From positions 1 to 9,105 of the forward strand of contig NW_021828106.1 of assembly GCF_006345805.1 (NCBI RefSeq): 9,105 bases of DNA, in the 5' to 3' direction. Each line of letters starts with the position of its first letter. Positions within the stretch are counted from its first letter, which is position 1. Under the pieces are notes generated by a model that was not told the DNA's origin, made no database searches, and worked only from the letters and a program-made list of their open reading frames with translations. This DNA comes from Octopus sinensis. Taxonomy: Eukaryota. Positions 8,055 through 9,105 of the stretch are shown piece by piece. The translations under genes and the position numbers were made by a program.

Positions 8055-8113
8055 TATACCACATATACCACATATATGTGGTTCTTATATACCACATAAT
8101 AACCCTAGCCCTA
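8055..8113. repeat. Cluster of short direct and inverted repeats
   Basis: TATACCACA occurs at 8055-8063, 8064-8072 and 8088-8096. A perfect 16-bp palindrome, ACCACATATATGTGGT, lies at 8067-8082, followed by AACCCTAGCCCTA at 8101-8113. Confidence 0.7.
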
Positions 8114-8162
8114 AAATTTCGGAATGATACTTTTTTATTATATAAATTTTTCCTTTCAGAAC

Positions 8163-9105
8163 TTGCAAAATGACACCATTTAGGTCATCATCTATTGTGA
8201 ACAGAAATGGTGCATCAGTATAATAATACAGAGTTTGTTGAAATATCTTATGTGATTTTGATATCACATCTTTAAGTCCGAATGCTCTGTCCATCACGTC
8301 AAAAACTTGATAAGTAGATTCATGTCGCTGGTAGTTGTTCCACTTCTGGTAATCCAGATGGAACGCATACGTCACGATGTCTTGAATCGATGACATGTGG
8401 CCTGCCACAGCTAACCTCATCTTTTCATGAACTTTATTCATTGAATCTGTCATTTTTATTGATTTAAATTTGGGAGAATGAACTTGCCAATTAACATCTC
8501 TGTTATCACAAAGTATAGCCTCATGTTGTAACTCATCAACGCAAAGAATCTTCCAGATTTTTTCATTCTCGTTCTTTTGCCGAAAGCCCTATTATTAAGT
8601 CTTCTTTGACACCCCTGTTCTTGTATTTTTCTTAAAAATTCACCACACTTGAACTCTTCAGTGTACAGCGAGCTGATTAAAACTCTTCTATTGGCGCTCG
8701 TCCCTACTGACCTCCGTCTAATATACTTCCTCAATTCAGATCTAGTCAGGAGTGCGTCTTATCATCCAATATGTCTGATAATTTTATTGTCTCTGGGATA
8801 TCGTATAACTTCTTAAAGGGGAGCTTGTGCCAAATGGGACCAAACTTGTCTATTTGAACAGGGTACGGCTACCTCGCTTCTCTTATTTCGTCTATGAAAG
8901 GATGATCTTCCGGAAGGTCTTTGTAATCTCATTGGCCACTTTTTTGTTCTACTTATAATAAGTCTCAAGAGCTTCATTGCAAATCACTTGCGAGTGTGTT
9001 CCACATAATCAGTGTCTACTTTTATATCTCTGTTGTTCTTTTCCTTAGATCGTCAAGTCCTGTCCTCCACTCTATCTTCGGATGCCCCCAAGTTTGTATA
9101 TTCCA
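8163..9105 (-). pseudogene. L: EVE2: second, degraded endogenous rhabdovirus-like L (RdRp) fragment, running off the window end
   Basis: Minus strand across frameshifts reads WGHPKIEWRTGL (WGHP 9079-9090), FGPIWHKLP, DDKTHS, LIIGLSAKERE/KKSGRFFALMSYNMRLYFV, motif A HLDYQKWNNYQR and YYYTDAPFLF. It has several frameshifts and an in-frame TAG at 8869-8871, and ends before motif B. Confidence 0.93.

Noticed and set aside
8100-8113. Telomere-like TAACCCTAGCCCTA as an interstitial telomere
   Set aside because: Only two imperfect units.
2165-9105. Convergent EVE1/EVE2 forming a long dsRNA hairpin
   Set aside because: The two copies are too divergent at nucleotide level for extended pairing.

Overview
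AT-rich eukaryotic, probably invertebrate, genomic DNA made almost entirely of stacked insertions, with no intact host gene. It contains two endogenous viral elements (EVEs) from the L (RdRp) gene of two different but related rhabdovirus-like Mononegavirales. EVE1 (+, 2036-3238) is an uninterrupted frame, and EVE2 (-, 8163->9105) is frameshifted. Both cover the same GHP-to-motif A/B part of L and lack the catalytic GDN. EVE1 is joined at its 3' end, through a short duplicated filler, to the 3' end of a CRE-like RLE retrotransposon, which resembles a template-switch capture product. A hAT deletion derivative (774-2035; 17-bp TIRs, perfect 8-bp TSD) sits at its 5' edge. The window also has four CRE-like 3' fragments in total (two about 98% identical), an R4/Dong-like RLE fragment with a 12-bp TSD, an internally deleted RTE/Proto2-like RT fragment and an L2/CR1-like RT fragment. 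The background includes degenerate H2B and H3 genes, and a copy of the H2B 5' leader abuts EVE2 in antisense. Family assignments come from motif recognition by eye; no database search was run.
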